A stretch of 64,000 bases of DNA from Dehalococcoidia bacterium (GTDB taxonomy: Bacteria > Chloroflexota > Dehalococcoidia > Lucifugimonadales > UBA3495): positions 95,596-159,595 of the forward strand of contig OZ250156.1 of assembly GCA_965237745.1 (NCBI GenBank). Direction: 5' to 3'. The notes beneath the pieces were generated by a model that searched no databases, was not told where the DNA came from, and saw nothing but the letters and a program-made list of their open reading frames with translations. The translations under genes were made by a program, and so were the position numbers. Every line of letters starts with the position of its first letter. Positions within the stretch are counted from its first letter, which is position 1. Shown here one piece after another: positions 16,516 to 25,798 of the stretch.

Positions 16516-18273
16516 CTACCGCGGAATCACCGGCAACGTCGCATGGGAGGGGTATTCCGGCGTGTGTAGCACCGTTTGCAGGGCCGTTTCCAGCTGCGCA
16601 TCCACCCCAATAGCTGCACCGGTGTTCGGGTTGCGGTCAAAGCGGGGAAAGTTGCTGCTGGAAATCTCCAGCCGCAGCCGGTGGCCCGCGAACAGCACAT
16701 GACTGGTCGACCACAGGTCGATCTCGTACTGATAGACCCTTCCCGGCCGGATAAGCGACGGCTCCGCCACCGATGTTCGGAAGCGGGCCCGCACAATGCC
16801 GTCCTGCAGGTTGTGGGCATAGCCGTCGGGCCGCACGTCCACCAGCTTGGCGGTGAAGTCGGTGTCAACCGCGGTGCTGGCCGCGTACAGGGTGACGCTT
16901 ATGGGGCCAGTGAGTTCCAGGTCCCGCTCCAGCGGGTCCGAGGTGTAGACCAGCACATCCTCCCGGGCCTCCACCTCCCGGTGGTCGGCCACGCCCTGTG
17001 GAATGATCAGCGTGGAGCCGCCGCGCGTCGGGACAGGGTCGGCAGGGTCATACGTGTAGACATCCGGCGGTTCCTCCCCAGGCGGTGAGGTGGACAGAGT
17101 ACCTGACCCGTCCAGAGTATTGGCCGAGCCGTCGGAGTGCAGATACCACTTGGTGTAGTGGGTGCGGGCCAAGGGCCAGTCCTGCTCGGACCGCCAGCGG
17201 TTCTCGCCCATGACGAAAATCTGCACCGGCGGCTCGTCCATCACGCCGGTCTCGATGTCCTTGAGCCAGTAGTCGAACCAGCGCAGCAGGTGCTCGTGCA
17301 GCTCGATGAGCGCCTCGGAGCCGAAGTCAATGTCGCCGGTTTCCCGCGAGGTGGGCGAGGTGTAGGGGCGAATGTGGGCCCAAGGACCGACCAGCAGCCG
17401 CTGGCTGCGCCGCGCCTCGGCCGTGGCGGCCCGGTCCCGCAGCGCTTGGTAGCCGTTCAGCGCCCCCTCCAAGAATATGTCGTACCACGAGCTGACGTGA
17501 AACATGGGCAGCGAAATCTTTTGCGCGTTTCGCATCAGGTTGATGGGCGACCAGTAGGGACCATCCCGCTCTTGGTCGAAGTACTCGTGGAAGTACGGAG
17601 CGGCCTCCTTGAGACGGTCAATCCAGTCTCGCAGCGGCAGGTGAGAGAACCATGCGTCGGTCAGTGGCTGCGCGAAGTTGTCGGGAGGCAGGACGTACTC
17701 GTCCATCTGTGCCAACAGGTCCTCGCGGCCCGCCCGCAGCAGGGTGTTCCGTCCCTTGTGGATGGCGTAGGGCACCATCCAGCCCCACTCCATCGCGCCG
17801 CCGGTGTGGTAGACCCAGCTCTGATGGAAGTCCGCCGAGGCCGACACCGGGGCCATGCAATAGAGGTGAGGCGGAGGCGGCCCGGCGGCCAGCGTGTACT
17901 GCGTGGCGCCGAGGTACGACTGCCCGGTCGTGGCCACGCGCCCGTTGCACCAAGGCTGGCGGGCCGCCCACTCCACGGTGTCGTAGCCGTCCTGCCCCTC
18001 TTGGAACAGCGGGTCGTAGTAGTCGCCCTCCGAGTCGAAGCGGGCCCGGCAGTCCTGGCTGACCACCACGTAGCCACGCTGGGGGAAGAACCAGATGGAA
18101 TGCTCCTGGTTATCGGCGTAGCCGTCCTTGCCATACGGCCCGCGAGTGACCAGCGCCGGAAAGCGCCCCGGCGAGTCGGGGCGGTAGATGTCGGTGGCCA
18201 GCCGCACGCCGTCGCGCATCGGCACCATGACGTTGCGTTCGCGTGTGACCCGGTACTGCTCTGCCTGCGCCAT
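16516..18273 (-). CDS. CocE/NonD family hydrolase (S15 X-Pro dipeptidyl-peptidase-like)
   Basis: 585-aa ORF with nucleophile elbow GQSYLG and a C-terminal beta-sandwich region typical of the family. Confidence 0.75.
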   Translation of the reverse strand: MAQAEQYRVTRERNVMVPMRDGVRLATDIYRPDSPGRFPALVTRGPYGKDGYADNQEHSIWFFPQRGYVVVSQDCRARFDSEGDYYDPLFQEGQDGYDTVEWAARQPWCNGRVATTGQSYLGATQYTLAAGPPPPHLYCMAPVSASADFHQSWVYHTGGAMEWGWMVPYAIHKGRNTLLRAGREDLLAQMDEYVLPPDNFAQPLTDAWFSHLPLRDWIDRLKEAAPYFHEYFDQERDGPYWSPINLMRNAQKISLPMFHVSSWYDIFLEGALNGYQALRDRAATAEARRSQRLLVGPWAHIRPYTSPTSRETGDIDFGSEALIELHEHLLRWFDYWLKDIETGVMDEPPVQIFVMGENRWRSEQDWPLARTHYTKWYLHSDGSANTLDGSGTLSTSPPGEEPPDVYTYDPADPVPTRGGSTLIIPQGVADHREVEAREDVLVYTSDPLERDLELTGPISVTLYAASTAVDTDFTAKLVDVRPDGYAHNLQDGIVRARFRTSVAEPSLIRPGRVYQYEIDLWSTSHVLFAGHRLRLEISSSNFPRFDRNPNTGAAIGVDAQLETALQTVLHTPEYPSHATLPVIPR

Positions 18274-18336
18274 ATCCGGCCCCCTTTTCGTTGCGGCCCT
18301 AGTCTAGCACAAGAGGACACCAGAGGGATGGAACCA

Positions 18337-19713
18337 CTAGCGCCGTCGCTGGTCGCGGTAGTTGGGGGCGTCGATGGCCACCCATTCCACGACCATGCTG
18401 TCCACCAAACGGGAGGCTATGCGCGGCTTGCCGTCCTCAAGTTCCTGCATTGTAGACGCCGTGGTGATGACGGTTGCCAGCTTGGCTTCGTGCCGGTGCA
18501 CCACCATCTGATACAGCTTCTCCTCAGCCCACGGAGTGCTGTTCTCCGATCCCAAGTCGTCGAGTATCAGCAGCGGGACGTTGAGGACCTGCTCGAATAG
18601 CTCATCAAAGTGCACCGGGCTATCGGGGCTGTAGGTCATACGCAGGTGGTCAAGCAGAGTGGGAACAAAGGCGAAGAAGACCTGCCGTCCTTGCCGCAGG
18701 CTCTCCCCGGCGATGGCAACGGCCAAGTGGGTCTTCCCGGAACCGCGACTGCCGGTGAACAGCAGCCAGCCCTCGGGAAAGGTGGCAAAGGTCTGGGCGG
18801 CGTGGAGGGCCCGGGCAATTTCCTCTTGGTCCTTCCTTGTCGCCCCGAGACCTCCGGCCACGTCAAAGTCGGCAAAGGTCATGCGAGACAGCATCTCTGG
18901 GCGCACTTCGCCAATTCCCAGCGCCAAGCGGCTGTTGAAATGCCCCAGCTGCAGCACCGTCGAACGCCCCTCGGCCTCCAGCCGGGTGCGGGATGATTCG
19001 TCCAGCTTGGTCAATGGACCCCGGACGGTCAGCACGGTGGGCAGGGAGTTGTTGTACCGATGGTTTATCACTTGGAACAGCTTCTCCTGTGCCCACGGCG
19101 TTGAGCTGTGAGCGCCCAAGTCGTCGAGAATGAGCACCGGCACGTTTCTCACCTGCTCGAACAGCTCGTCGTAAGCAATCTCGCTGGTCGGCGAATAGGC
19201 GGCCCGCAAGTGGTCCAGCAGGTCGGCGACCATTATGAAGAATGCCGTCTGCTGCCGTTCAATGCAGCGGTTGGCGATGGCGGCTGCCAGGTGCGTCTTG
19301 CCGCTGCCGGAGGGGCCGGTCAGGACCAGCCATCCATCCGGGTTCTCCGCGTAGGCGGCCGCAGTGGGCAGGGCCTCGGCGAACATTCGCCGCGACGCCA
19401 CATCGGACAGCGGGCCCTCAGCGCGGGTCGCCCCGAAGGTGAGGCGAGACAGGGCCCCAAGGTTGCTGTAGCGGCGCAGGGACTCCAGCCGCGAGGGGAG
19501 CGAGTCCTCCGTCTGACGGCACTGGCAGGGCGTGGCCTGCCCGAAGCTCGGGTGCCCCACATGCACGCGCTGCGTCACCCAGCCACTGCCGTTACAGTGG
19601 GGGCAGCCGTCAGCGCGTTCCGGTTCGGGGGCTGGCACGACCCCGCCGCCGTTCGTAGTCTTGGCTATACTTCTTTCGCTGATCCTGCGGAGAATTTCGC
19701 CCAGGCTTTCCAT
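18337..19713 (-). CDS. DnaC/DnaI-like helicase loader with two tandem ATPase modules and an N-terminal Cys cluster
   Basis: CPHCNGSGWV...PCQC at the N-terminus. Module 1 has LVLTGPSGSGKTHLAAAIAN and VLILDDLG. Module 2 has LLFTGSRGSGKTHLAVAIAG and LLILDDLG. The two modules align along about 150 aa. Confidence 0.7.
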   Translation of the reverse strand: MESLGEILRRISERSIAKTTNGGGVVPAPEPERADGCPHCNGSGWVTQRVHVGHPSFGQATPCQCRQTEDSLPSRLESLRRYSNLGALSRLTFGATRAEGPLSDVASRRMFAEALPTAAAYAENPDGWLVLTGPSGSGKTHLAAAIANRCIERQQTAFFIMVADLLDHLRAAYSPTSEIAYDELFEQVRNVPVLILDDLGAHSSTPWAQEKLFQVINHRYNNSLPTVLTVRGPLTKLDESSRTRLEAEGRSTVLQLGHFNSRLALGIGEVRPEMLSRMTFADFDVAGGLGATRKDQEEIARALHAAQTFATFPEGWLLFTGSRGSGKTHLAVAIAGESLRQGRQVFFAFVPTLLDHLRMTYSPDSPVHFDELFEQVLNVPLLILDDLGSENSTPWAEEKLYQMVVHRHEAKLATVITTASTMQELEDGKPRIASRLVDSMVVEWVAIDAPNYRDQRRR

Positions 19714-20374
19714 CTTGCTTACTACTCCCGCCAGGCCAGTTGCCCTTGCCCTCCGAACCCCAGCGGGCGAGGATGGCGGCTATGTACTGCCAGCTTCGCT
19801 TGTTTTCCAGCGCCGCTATATCGAAGGCCTCCCGGATCCAGCCGGGAGGGTAGCGCCCCTCTGCCTCTTTGAGCCGCTCGGCTACGATGGGCGTCAGCAT
19901 TCCGATGGTGTCCTCGTAGAGGGCGAAGATGTTGAGACGCTCTCTCGGCCTTGCCGGCGCCTCATCTGCGCCGAGACCCGCGTCGTTCCCGGTCCCTGAT
20001 TCCCTCATACGGGATACGGCGCGACGGCCAACGTCGTTGTTCAGCACGAAAACCGAATCGTCCGGCCCGCTGCCGTGTACCAAGAACACGCCCCGCCGCA
20101 CTGCCATGCGCAGGCCGCGGCGGATCTCCTCCGCCGCGCTGTCCCCGCTCCCAGATGCTTCGCCGGGTTGCAGCCCGCGCTGCAGGGCCGGGTCGGAGAG
20201 GAATTCTTCCAAGGAGACCGATCTCGGCCCCTGACGCTTGTGGTGCAATAGCCAGATGCCCCGCAGCGTGACCTTCAGTTCAGCCAGGTCCTGTATGTCC
20301 TCCAGGAGCGGGCCGAAGAGCGGGTCGGGTGTGGGCGTATATAGCGTGTCGCGGGGAAATCCCTCGAAAACCAT
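19610..20374 (-). CDS. DnaD-domain replication protein
   Basis: C-terminal DnaD/DnaB_2-like region NIFALYEDTIGMLTPIVAERLKEAEGRYPPGWIREAFDIAALENKRSWQYIAAILARW. ATG at 20374 lies 17 nt after the dnaB stop. The basic tail overlaps the next gene. Confidence 0.6.
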   Translation of the reverse strand: MVFEGFPRDTLYTPTPDPLFGPLLEDIQDLAELKVTLRGIWLLHHKRQGPRSVSLEEFLSDPALQRGLQPGEASGSGDSAAEEIRRGLRMAVRRGVFLVHGSGPDDSVFVLNNDVGRRAVSRMRESGTGNDAGLGADEAPARPRERLNIFALYEDTIGMLTPIVAERLKEAEGRYPPGWIREAFDIAALENKRSWQYIAAILARWGSEGKGNWPGGSSKQDGKPGRNSPQDQRKKYSQDYERRRGRASPRTGTR

Positions 20375-20390
20375 GGCCTGCCCACCCTGT

Positions 20391-21764
20391 TTAGTAGACG
20401 GGGACGCGAGCGAAGGAGTCGAAGCGCACCAAGTTGTCGCGAAATTCCAGCTGTATGTTTCCCGTGGGGCCGTTGCGGTGCTTGGCGACAATGATGTCGG
20501 CGATATTCCGGGGGTATGGCTGCCCCGGCCGCTGCTGCTCCCACTCTTCCTCGGTGGTGTAGAGATCCTCTCTGTGGATGAACATTACCACGTCGGCGTC
20601 CTGTTCGATGCTGCCGCTGTCGCGCAGGTCGGAAAGCATGGGCCGGTGGCTGGGACGGTTCTCGACCATGCGGCTCAACTGCGAGCAGGCGATGAGCGCA
20701 ATGTTCAGGTCTCGGGCCAAGCCCTTGAGTGACCGGGAAATCTCGCTGATTTCCTGCACCCGGTTGGCGCTGTAGCCGCGCCCCTGCCCCTGCACCAACT
20801 GCAGATAGTCCACCACCAGAAGGTCAAGGCCGTGCTCCAGCGACAGTCGCCGGGCCTTGCTGCGCATCTCAACCATGCTCTGGTAGGGCGTGTCGTCTAT
20901 GTACACCGGCAGGTCGGAGAGCTGACCGATGGCGTCGATCATCCGCTGCTCTTCGGCCATTGTGTACAGTCCCAGACGAAGCCGGTGAGAGTCGATCTCG
21001 GCCTCCGACGACAGGATCCGCATGGCCAGTTGCTCGCAACTCATCTCCAGGCTGAACACCCCGGCGGTTGACCCGTTCTTGGCGGCGTTCAGGCACATGT
21101 TCAGGGCCAGCGTGCTCTTGCCCAGCGAGGGCCGCGCCCCAAGGATGAGCATATCGGACCGTTGCACTCCGCCCAGCAGTTCGTCCAGATCGCTGTAGCC
21201 GGACATCACTGGGCTGGTCGACTCCGACAGCGGCTCCACAACGCTGGCACGGTCCTGCAGGTACTGGTCATAAATCTGCCTGAGGGGGACGAAGCCCCGC
21301 GTTTGTCCCGCTCCGCGAATGGCGAACAGGGCGTCCTCCGCTTGGCGCAGCGTCGTGTCCACATCATCGGTGTCGTTGTAACCCAGCTCCGATATGCGGG
21401 CGGCAGCGGAGATGAGCTTCCGCATGATCGCGGTGCGGGAAACTATCCCCGCGTAGTCCTCTGAGTGGACGGAGGTCGGAGTAATGGAGACCAGGTGCGA
21501 CAGGTAGGCCATGCCGCCGGCGGCGTCCAGCTTCTCGGTGCGCGCCAGCTCGCTGGCCAGCGTGGTCTGGTCGATGGCATCGTCCCGTTGGAAAAGGGCC
21601 ATCGCCGCGTCGTAGCAGAGCTGATTCCGCTCGCGGTAGAAATCGCCGGGCTGCAACAGCGGAGCGATGCGAGTGAAGCATTCGCCGTCGATCAGCAACG
21701 AGCCGATCAGCGCTTCCTCCGCCTCGATGTTGTGCGGCAGCAGTCTTTCGGCGTACATGGTCAC
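20391..21764 (-). CDS. dnaB: replicative DNA helicase DnaB
   Basis: 457-aa ORF with Walker A GARPSLGKST, Walker B LLVVDYLQL and the typical N-terminal domain (LPHNIEAEEALIGSLL). Confidence 0.9.
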   Translation of the reverse strand: MTMYAERLLPHNIEAEEALIGSLLIDGECFTRIAPLLQPGDFYRERNQLCYDAAMALFQRDDAIDQTTLASELARTEKLDAAGGMAYLSHLVSITPTSVHSEDYAGIVSRTAIMRKLISAAARISELGYNDTDDVDTTLRQAEDALFAIRGAGQTRGFVPLRQIYDQYLQDRASVVEPLSESTSPVMSGYSDLDELLGGVQRSDMLILGARPSLGKSTLALNMCLNAAKNGSTAGVFSLEMSCEQLAMRILSSEAEIDSHRLRLGLYTMAEEQRMIDAIGQLSDLPVYIDDTPYQSMVEMRSKARRLSLEHGLDLLVVDYLQLVQGQGRGYSANRVQEISEISRSLKGLARDLNIALIACSQLSRMVENRPSHRPMLSDLRDSGSIEQDADVVMFIHREDLYTTEEEWEQQRPGQPYPRNIADIIVAKHRNGPTGNIQLEFRDNLVRFDSFARVPVY

Positions 21765-21766
21765 GG

Positions 21767-22216
21767 TTATTCTTCGGTCTCCGCGTTAACGCGAATCGTC
21801 GCCGTGATCTCGGTGGAGAAACGCAGGATGACGTCGTACTCGCCCGGCTCCCGGATGGGTTCTGCCACCTCAATCCAGCGCCGTTCCACCTCGCGGCCGG
21901 TGACCTCGGCCAGCGCCATCGAGATGTGGGTGCTGGTGATAGCGCCATAGTAGCGGCCTGTGGGAGTGACCCGGGCCTGGACGGTGACTTGGGTGTCGTC
22001 CAAGGCCTCCTTCAACTCCTCCAGCACGTTGGTCTCGCGCAGCCTGACCTCGTCGCCCGCCGTTTTGATCTTGTGCAGGCGCTTCAGCGCCTCGGGGGTG
22101 GACATCACCGCCAGCCCCTGGGGCAGCAGGTAGTTGCGCGCGTAGCCGTCCGGGACCTTTCGGACCTCGCCAGCGCGGGCTTTGTTTTGCACGTCTTGAG
22201 TGAAAATAACTTCCAT
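21767..22216 (-). CDS. rplI: 50S ribosomal protein L9
   Basis: MEVIFTQDVQNKARAGEVRKVPDGYARNYLLPQGLAV. The conserved rplI-dnaB arrangement is present. The ATG at 22216 was chosen over the longer ORF. Confidence 0.85.
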   Translation of the reverse strand: MEVIFTQDVQNKARAGEVRKVPDGYARNYLLPQGLAVMSTPEALKRLHKIKTAGDEVRLRETNVLEELKEALDDTQVTVQARVTPTGRYYGAITSTHISMALAEVTGREVERRWIEVAEPIREPGEYDVILRFSTEITATIRVNAETEE

Positions 22217-22407
22217 AGATATCACATCCGTGGTCATTGAGTGGGGGTTGAAGCTAATTATACGCCGAGGGCTGGCAGTGCGGGAAGGAGCGTCCGTCAC
22301 CTGTTAATCGGCAGAAGGAATCCTGTCGGTACCTTCCGGGCGAATTCCCTCTGCTACAATTACCCCACGCGGCGCCCCATCTACAACACGCGGGCACGGA
22401 GCCGACT

Positions 22408-23004
22408 ATGACCACCGACGCAGAACTCCGTACCGGAACCCGGATGTCCCTCGGCGAGTTCCTGGCCCTCGGCGAAACCGACGGCAAATGGGAACTCGAC
22501 GACGGGGTGCTTTACATCATGTCTTCCGGTACGCGCGACCATCAATTCTTGGGGCTCGAATTCTGTCGGCACATCCTCGATTATGTTGACAGCTTCGAGC
22601 AGCCGCCGGCCCATGTCTATCAAGAAATGACCACCATTCTTTCACGGCAACTGCAACGCGCCCCGGAACCCGATATAGTCATCGTCCGTGAAGGACGGCC
22701 GGGCATCATGGAAGGCAGATGGGTTGAAGGTGCGCCCGACATCGTGGTCGAGATACTGTCCACCGACCGTAACCGGGACTTGGTGCGGAAGCGGCAGATA
22801 TACGCCGAGGCGGGCGTACTAGAGTATTGGCCCATTGACCCCCGAAACGACACAGTCACCCAGCTGGAGCTACGGGATGGCGTCTACGTTGAGCGCTCTG
22901 TGCTGGGCGCAGATGATACCCTGACCACGCCGCTGCTGCCAGGCCTCTCCGTACCGCTGGGCGACATATTCCGTCATCGCAGGCGCCCCGCCCAGGATGA
23001 GTAA
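22408..23004 (+). CDS. Uma2 family endonuclease (DUF820)
   Basis: 198-aa ORF with PDIVVEILSTDRNRDLVRKRQIYAEAGVLEYW, typical of Uma2. Confidence 0.7.
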   Translation: MTTDAELRTGTRMSLGEFLALGETDGKWELDDGVLYIMSSGTRDHQFLGLEFCRHILDYVDSFEQPPAHVYQEMTTILSRQLQRAPEPDIVIVREGRPGIMEGRWVEGAPDIVVEILSTDRNRDLVRKRQIYAEAGVLEYWPIDPRNDTVTQLELRDGVYVERSVLGADDTLTTPLLPGLSVPLGDIFRHRRRPAQDE

Positions 23005-23683
23005 GGGGCTGGAAATGAGCTTCATCGACGGTGTAGAGGAGCGTTCCCTCCCCATCCGGCAGGCCATCCTGGAGCACCCCTTCGTGCGAGGTATCGGAGA
23101 GGGAGGTCTCGATGTAGAGCGGTTCAAGTTCTATGTGGCCCAGGACTACGTTTACCTCATCGACTACGCCCGGGTGTTGGCGTTGGGCGCGGCGCGTGCT
23201 CCCGAGCTCGAGGTGATGTCTTGGTTCGCCGAATTGCTGGACGAGACTCTGAACACCGAGATGGAGCTGCACCGGGGATACTGCGCCCAGTTCGGCATCA
23301 CTCGTGAGGAACTGGAGGCCACCCGGCCCGCGCCAACCACGGTGGCCTACACCTCATACCTCCTGCGGGTGGCGTCGCAGGGCAGCTTCGGCGAACTGGC
23401 AGCATCACTTTTGCCCTGCCAGTGGGGCTACTGGGAAATCGGCGAACACCTTTCACGCCGAGGTGCGCCCACCCACGCACCGCTCTACGCCGAGTGGATC
23501 GGCATGTACTCATCCGGCGAGTTCCGCGACCTGGCCACCTACCTGCGAACCCTGACCGGCCGCATCGGCGACGCGGCCAGCACAGAGGAGCAGACCGCCA
23601 TGGAGACAGCCTACGTTACCAGCCTCCGCCTTGAGCACCAGTTCTGGGACATGGCCTGGAACCTGGAGCAGTGGCCGGTTTGA
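22997..23683 (+). CDS. tenA: TenA family thiaminase II / aminopyrimidine aminohydrolase
   Basis: HPFVRGIGEGGLDVERFKFYVAQDYVYL and overall length fit TenA. The start may be the ATG at 23015. Confidence 0.7.
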   Translation: MSKGLEMSFIDGVEERSLPIRQAILEHPFVRGIGEGGLDVERFKFYVAQDYVYLIDYARVLALGAARAPELEVMSWFAELLDETLNTEMELHRGYCAQFGITREELEATRPAPTTVAYTSYLLRVASQGSFGELAASLLPCQWGYWEIGEHLSRRGAPTHAPLYAEWIGMYSSGEFRDLATYLRTLTGRIGDAASTEEQTAMETAYVTSLRLEHQFWDMAWNLEQWPV

Positions 23684-23740
23684 TTCACCACAGAAAATTT
23701 TAGGGATACAAACAAAAACTCTGTGTCCTCTGTGGTTGAA

Positions 23741-24550
23741 TCACCCCTTCACGGCCCGGAAAATCCAGCAGGGCCACGAGAACAGAAAGTCCCCGTCCTC
23801 CTCAACCTCCCCCACCTGGAACGCCTCTTTCACCTCTGGTGTGGCCTCCTGAAACTCCCGCCTCAGGGCCGCCACTTCCTCACCGGGCACCTTCGTCCGG
23901 GCTACCCAGTCGTTGAACCAAAGGTAGACCCGTTCGTTCTCGCTGCCAGCCACCTCGAAACCCCGGTCGGCCAGCAACTGCCGGATCACCGAGATTTTGC
24001 GGTTCTGTATGTGGCTGAAGTCGCGCCTCAGCTCGATGTCGTTCATCCATTCGGCCACGACGTCATCCTCCGGCGCGATGCTGTCGGCGATCACCAGCGA
24101 GCCGCCTGGCCGCAGCGTGCGGCGGGCCTCGTCCAAGGCCGCCTGAAAGTCTCGAAAGTGATGGGCGGCCACCCGTCAGGTTATCAGGTCCAGGCTGCCG
24201 TCGGCGAAGGGCAGGGACTCGGCAGCGTTCTGGGAAAGCCTGACATTGGGCAATGCCCGTTCTCCGCTGATGCGCCTGGCCTGGCGCAGCATTGGCTGGG
24301 TGATGTCCGTGGCCACCACATGCTCCGACACCTCGGCCATGGCGAAGGCGGTGAACCCGGCGCCTGTGCCGATATCCACGGCCCAGCGGTAGGGCGTGCT
24401 GCCTTTCAGAAAGTCCGGGCCGGTCAGCCGCTGCACCGAGTCCAGGCTGTCGTCGCGGATATGCACCTTGCTCTCGGCATAGACCCCGGCCTGCGGTCCG
24501 AACATCTGTTGGGCCAACGTGCCGCCGGTCTGTTCACGATTCTGCGTCAT
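23741..24550 (-). CDS. class I SAM-dependent methyltransferase (YcgJ-like) with a single in-frame TGA: candidate selenoprotein or nonsense pseudogene
   Basis: SAM motif VDIGTGAGF. The reading frame is continuous except for TGA at 24176-24178, giving LDLIT[TGA]RVAAHHFRDF where family members have ..TCR.AAHHF. The C-terminal half (GGSLVIADSIAPEDD...) is in the same frame. Confidence 0.6.
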
Positions 24551-24568
24551 GGGTACTCCATAGAAAAA

Positions 24569-24599
24569 TGTAGGGGCGGGTTTGAAACCCGCCCCTACA
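24569..24599. repeat. palindromic GC hairpin repeat TGTAGGGGCGGGTTTGAAACCCGCCCCTACA
   Basis: Second copy of the 14948-14976 element. It lies 19 nt upstream of the methyltransferase ATG, between convergent/divergent genes. Confidence 0.85.
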
Positions 24600-24670
24600 A
24601 CCGATCAGAGGTCTGACGGGTAGGGGGTTGTGCCCCCAACCCAATCTTTCCAATGGAAGAGAACTACTGG

Positions 24671-25732
24671 CTAGACCAGCACCGGTTCAGCGTTCTTCTG
24701 GTAGACCTGGAAGCGGTGCCGCATGGTGTCGGCGATGACGACTCGGCCACTGTCGTCCACCTTCACCGCGACGGGGGCCCAGAGGACCTTCTCGGGCGTG
24801 AAGTCGCGGACGCCGTTGCGCTGGCGGATCATGTCCGGGTTGGACGCAATCTTCTGCTCGCCCAGCTTGGACAGGGCGGCGTCGCCAGTGAACTCGGTGA
24901 TGAACCTGCCCTCGGGGGTCAGCACCTGCACCCGGTTGTTCAGCCAGTCGGCCACGTAGACGTCGCCGTCCTTGTCCACGGCCACGCCCGTGGGTCGGTT
25001 GAAGAGACCCACAGGGCGGTTGACCAAGTGGAAGCCGCCGTGGTCACGGGCGACGGAAGCATCGCCGCCGGTGCCGGGCTGTCCGAAGCTGGCCAGCCAC
25101 TGCCCATCGCTGGTGAAGGACTGGACGCGGTCGTTGCGCCAGTCGGCGATGAAGATGTTGCCTTCCGTGTCCAAGCCGATGCCCCAGGGAGTGTTCAGCT
25201 CGCCGGGGCCGCTACCGAAGCTGCCGAACTGGGAGATGTACTGTCCGTCCAGGGTGAACTTCTGCACCCGGCTGTTGCGGCTGTCCACCACGTATAGCAC
25301 GTCGTCGCGAATGGCCAGGCCCGCTGGCCGGTCCAGCTCGCCGTCGCCGGAGCCGTGCGTGCCCCAGTGGCTGACGTAGTTGCCGTCCTTGTCGAATATG
25401 GTAATGCGATGCAGATACTCGTCTGACACGTAGACGTTGGTCTCGCTGTCCAGGGCGAGGGACATGGGCCACATGAACTGGCCGGGGCCTTCGCCATAGC
25501 CACCGAACTCGGTCACGTAGTGTTCGGTCCCATCATCATCCAGGGTGAACAGGTTGATACGGGTGCCGTCAGAACGGGACTCGTAGGAACGGTTCACGAC
25601 ATAGATCGAGTTTTCCGGCCCGAAGGCGAAATCCATCGGGTTACGGAACCCGGTGCCTTGGAACTCGGATCGACCTGCGACATAACTATAGGTGAACGTG
25701 CGGTCGTTGATGCCGAGAAATACACTTGCCAC
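24671..25732 (-). CDS. NHL repeat beta-propeller protein (cassette A)
   Basis: 353-aa ORF with about six repeats of the type G.G.G.F..P.G.A.D..G..YV.D..N.R.Q.F. No signal peptide is evident. Confidence 0.75.
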   Translation of the reverse strand: MASVFLGINDRTFTYSYVAGRSEFQGTGFRNPMDFAFGPENSIYVVNRSYESRSDGTRINLFTLDDDGTEHYVTEFGGYGEGPGQFMWPMSLALDSETNVYVSDEYLHRITIFDKDGNYVSHWGTHGSGDGELDRPAGLAIRDDVLYVVDSRNSRVQKFTLDGQYISQFGSFGSGPGELNTPWGIGLDTEGNIFIADWRNDRVQSFTSDGQWLASFGQPGTGGDASVARDHGGFHLVNRPVGLFNRPTGVAVDKDGDVYVADWLNNRVQVLTPEGRFITEFTGDAALSKLGEQKIASNPDMIRQRNGVRDFTPEKVLWAPVAVKVDDSGRVVIADTMRHRFQVYQKNAEPVLV

Positions 25733-25798
25733 GGCTTGCCTCCTTAGTTGCTGCAGTTGCGGGGGCGCGTACGCCCGCCAAGCTCTGCACTACCTCGC

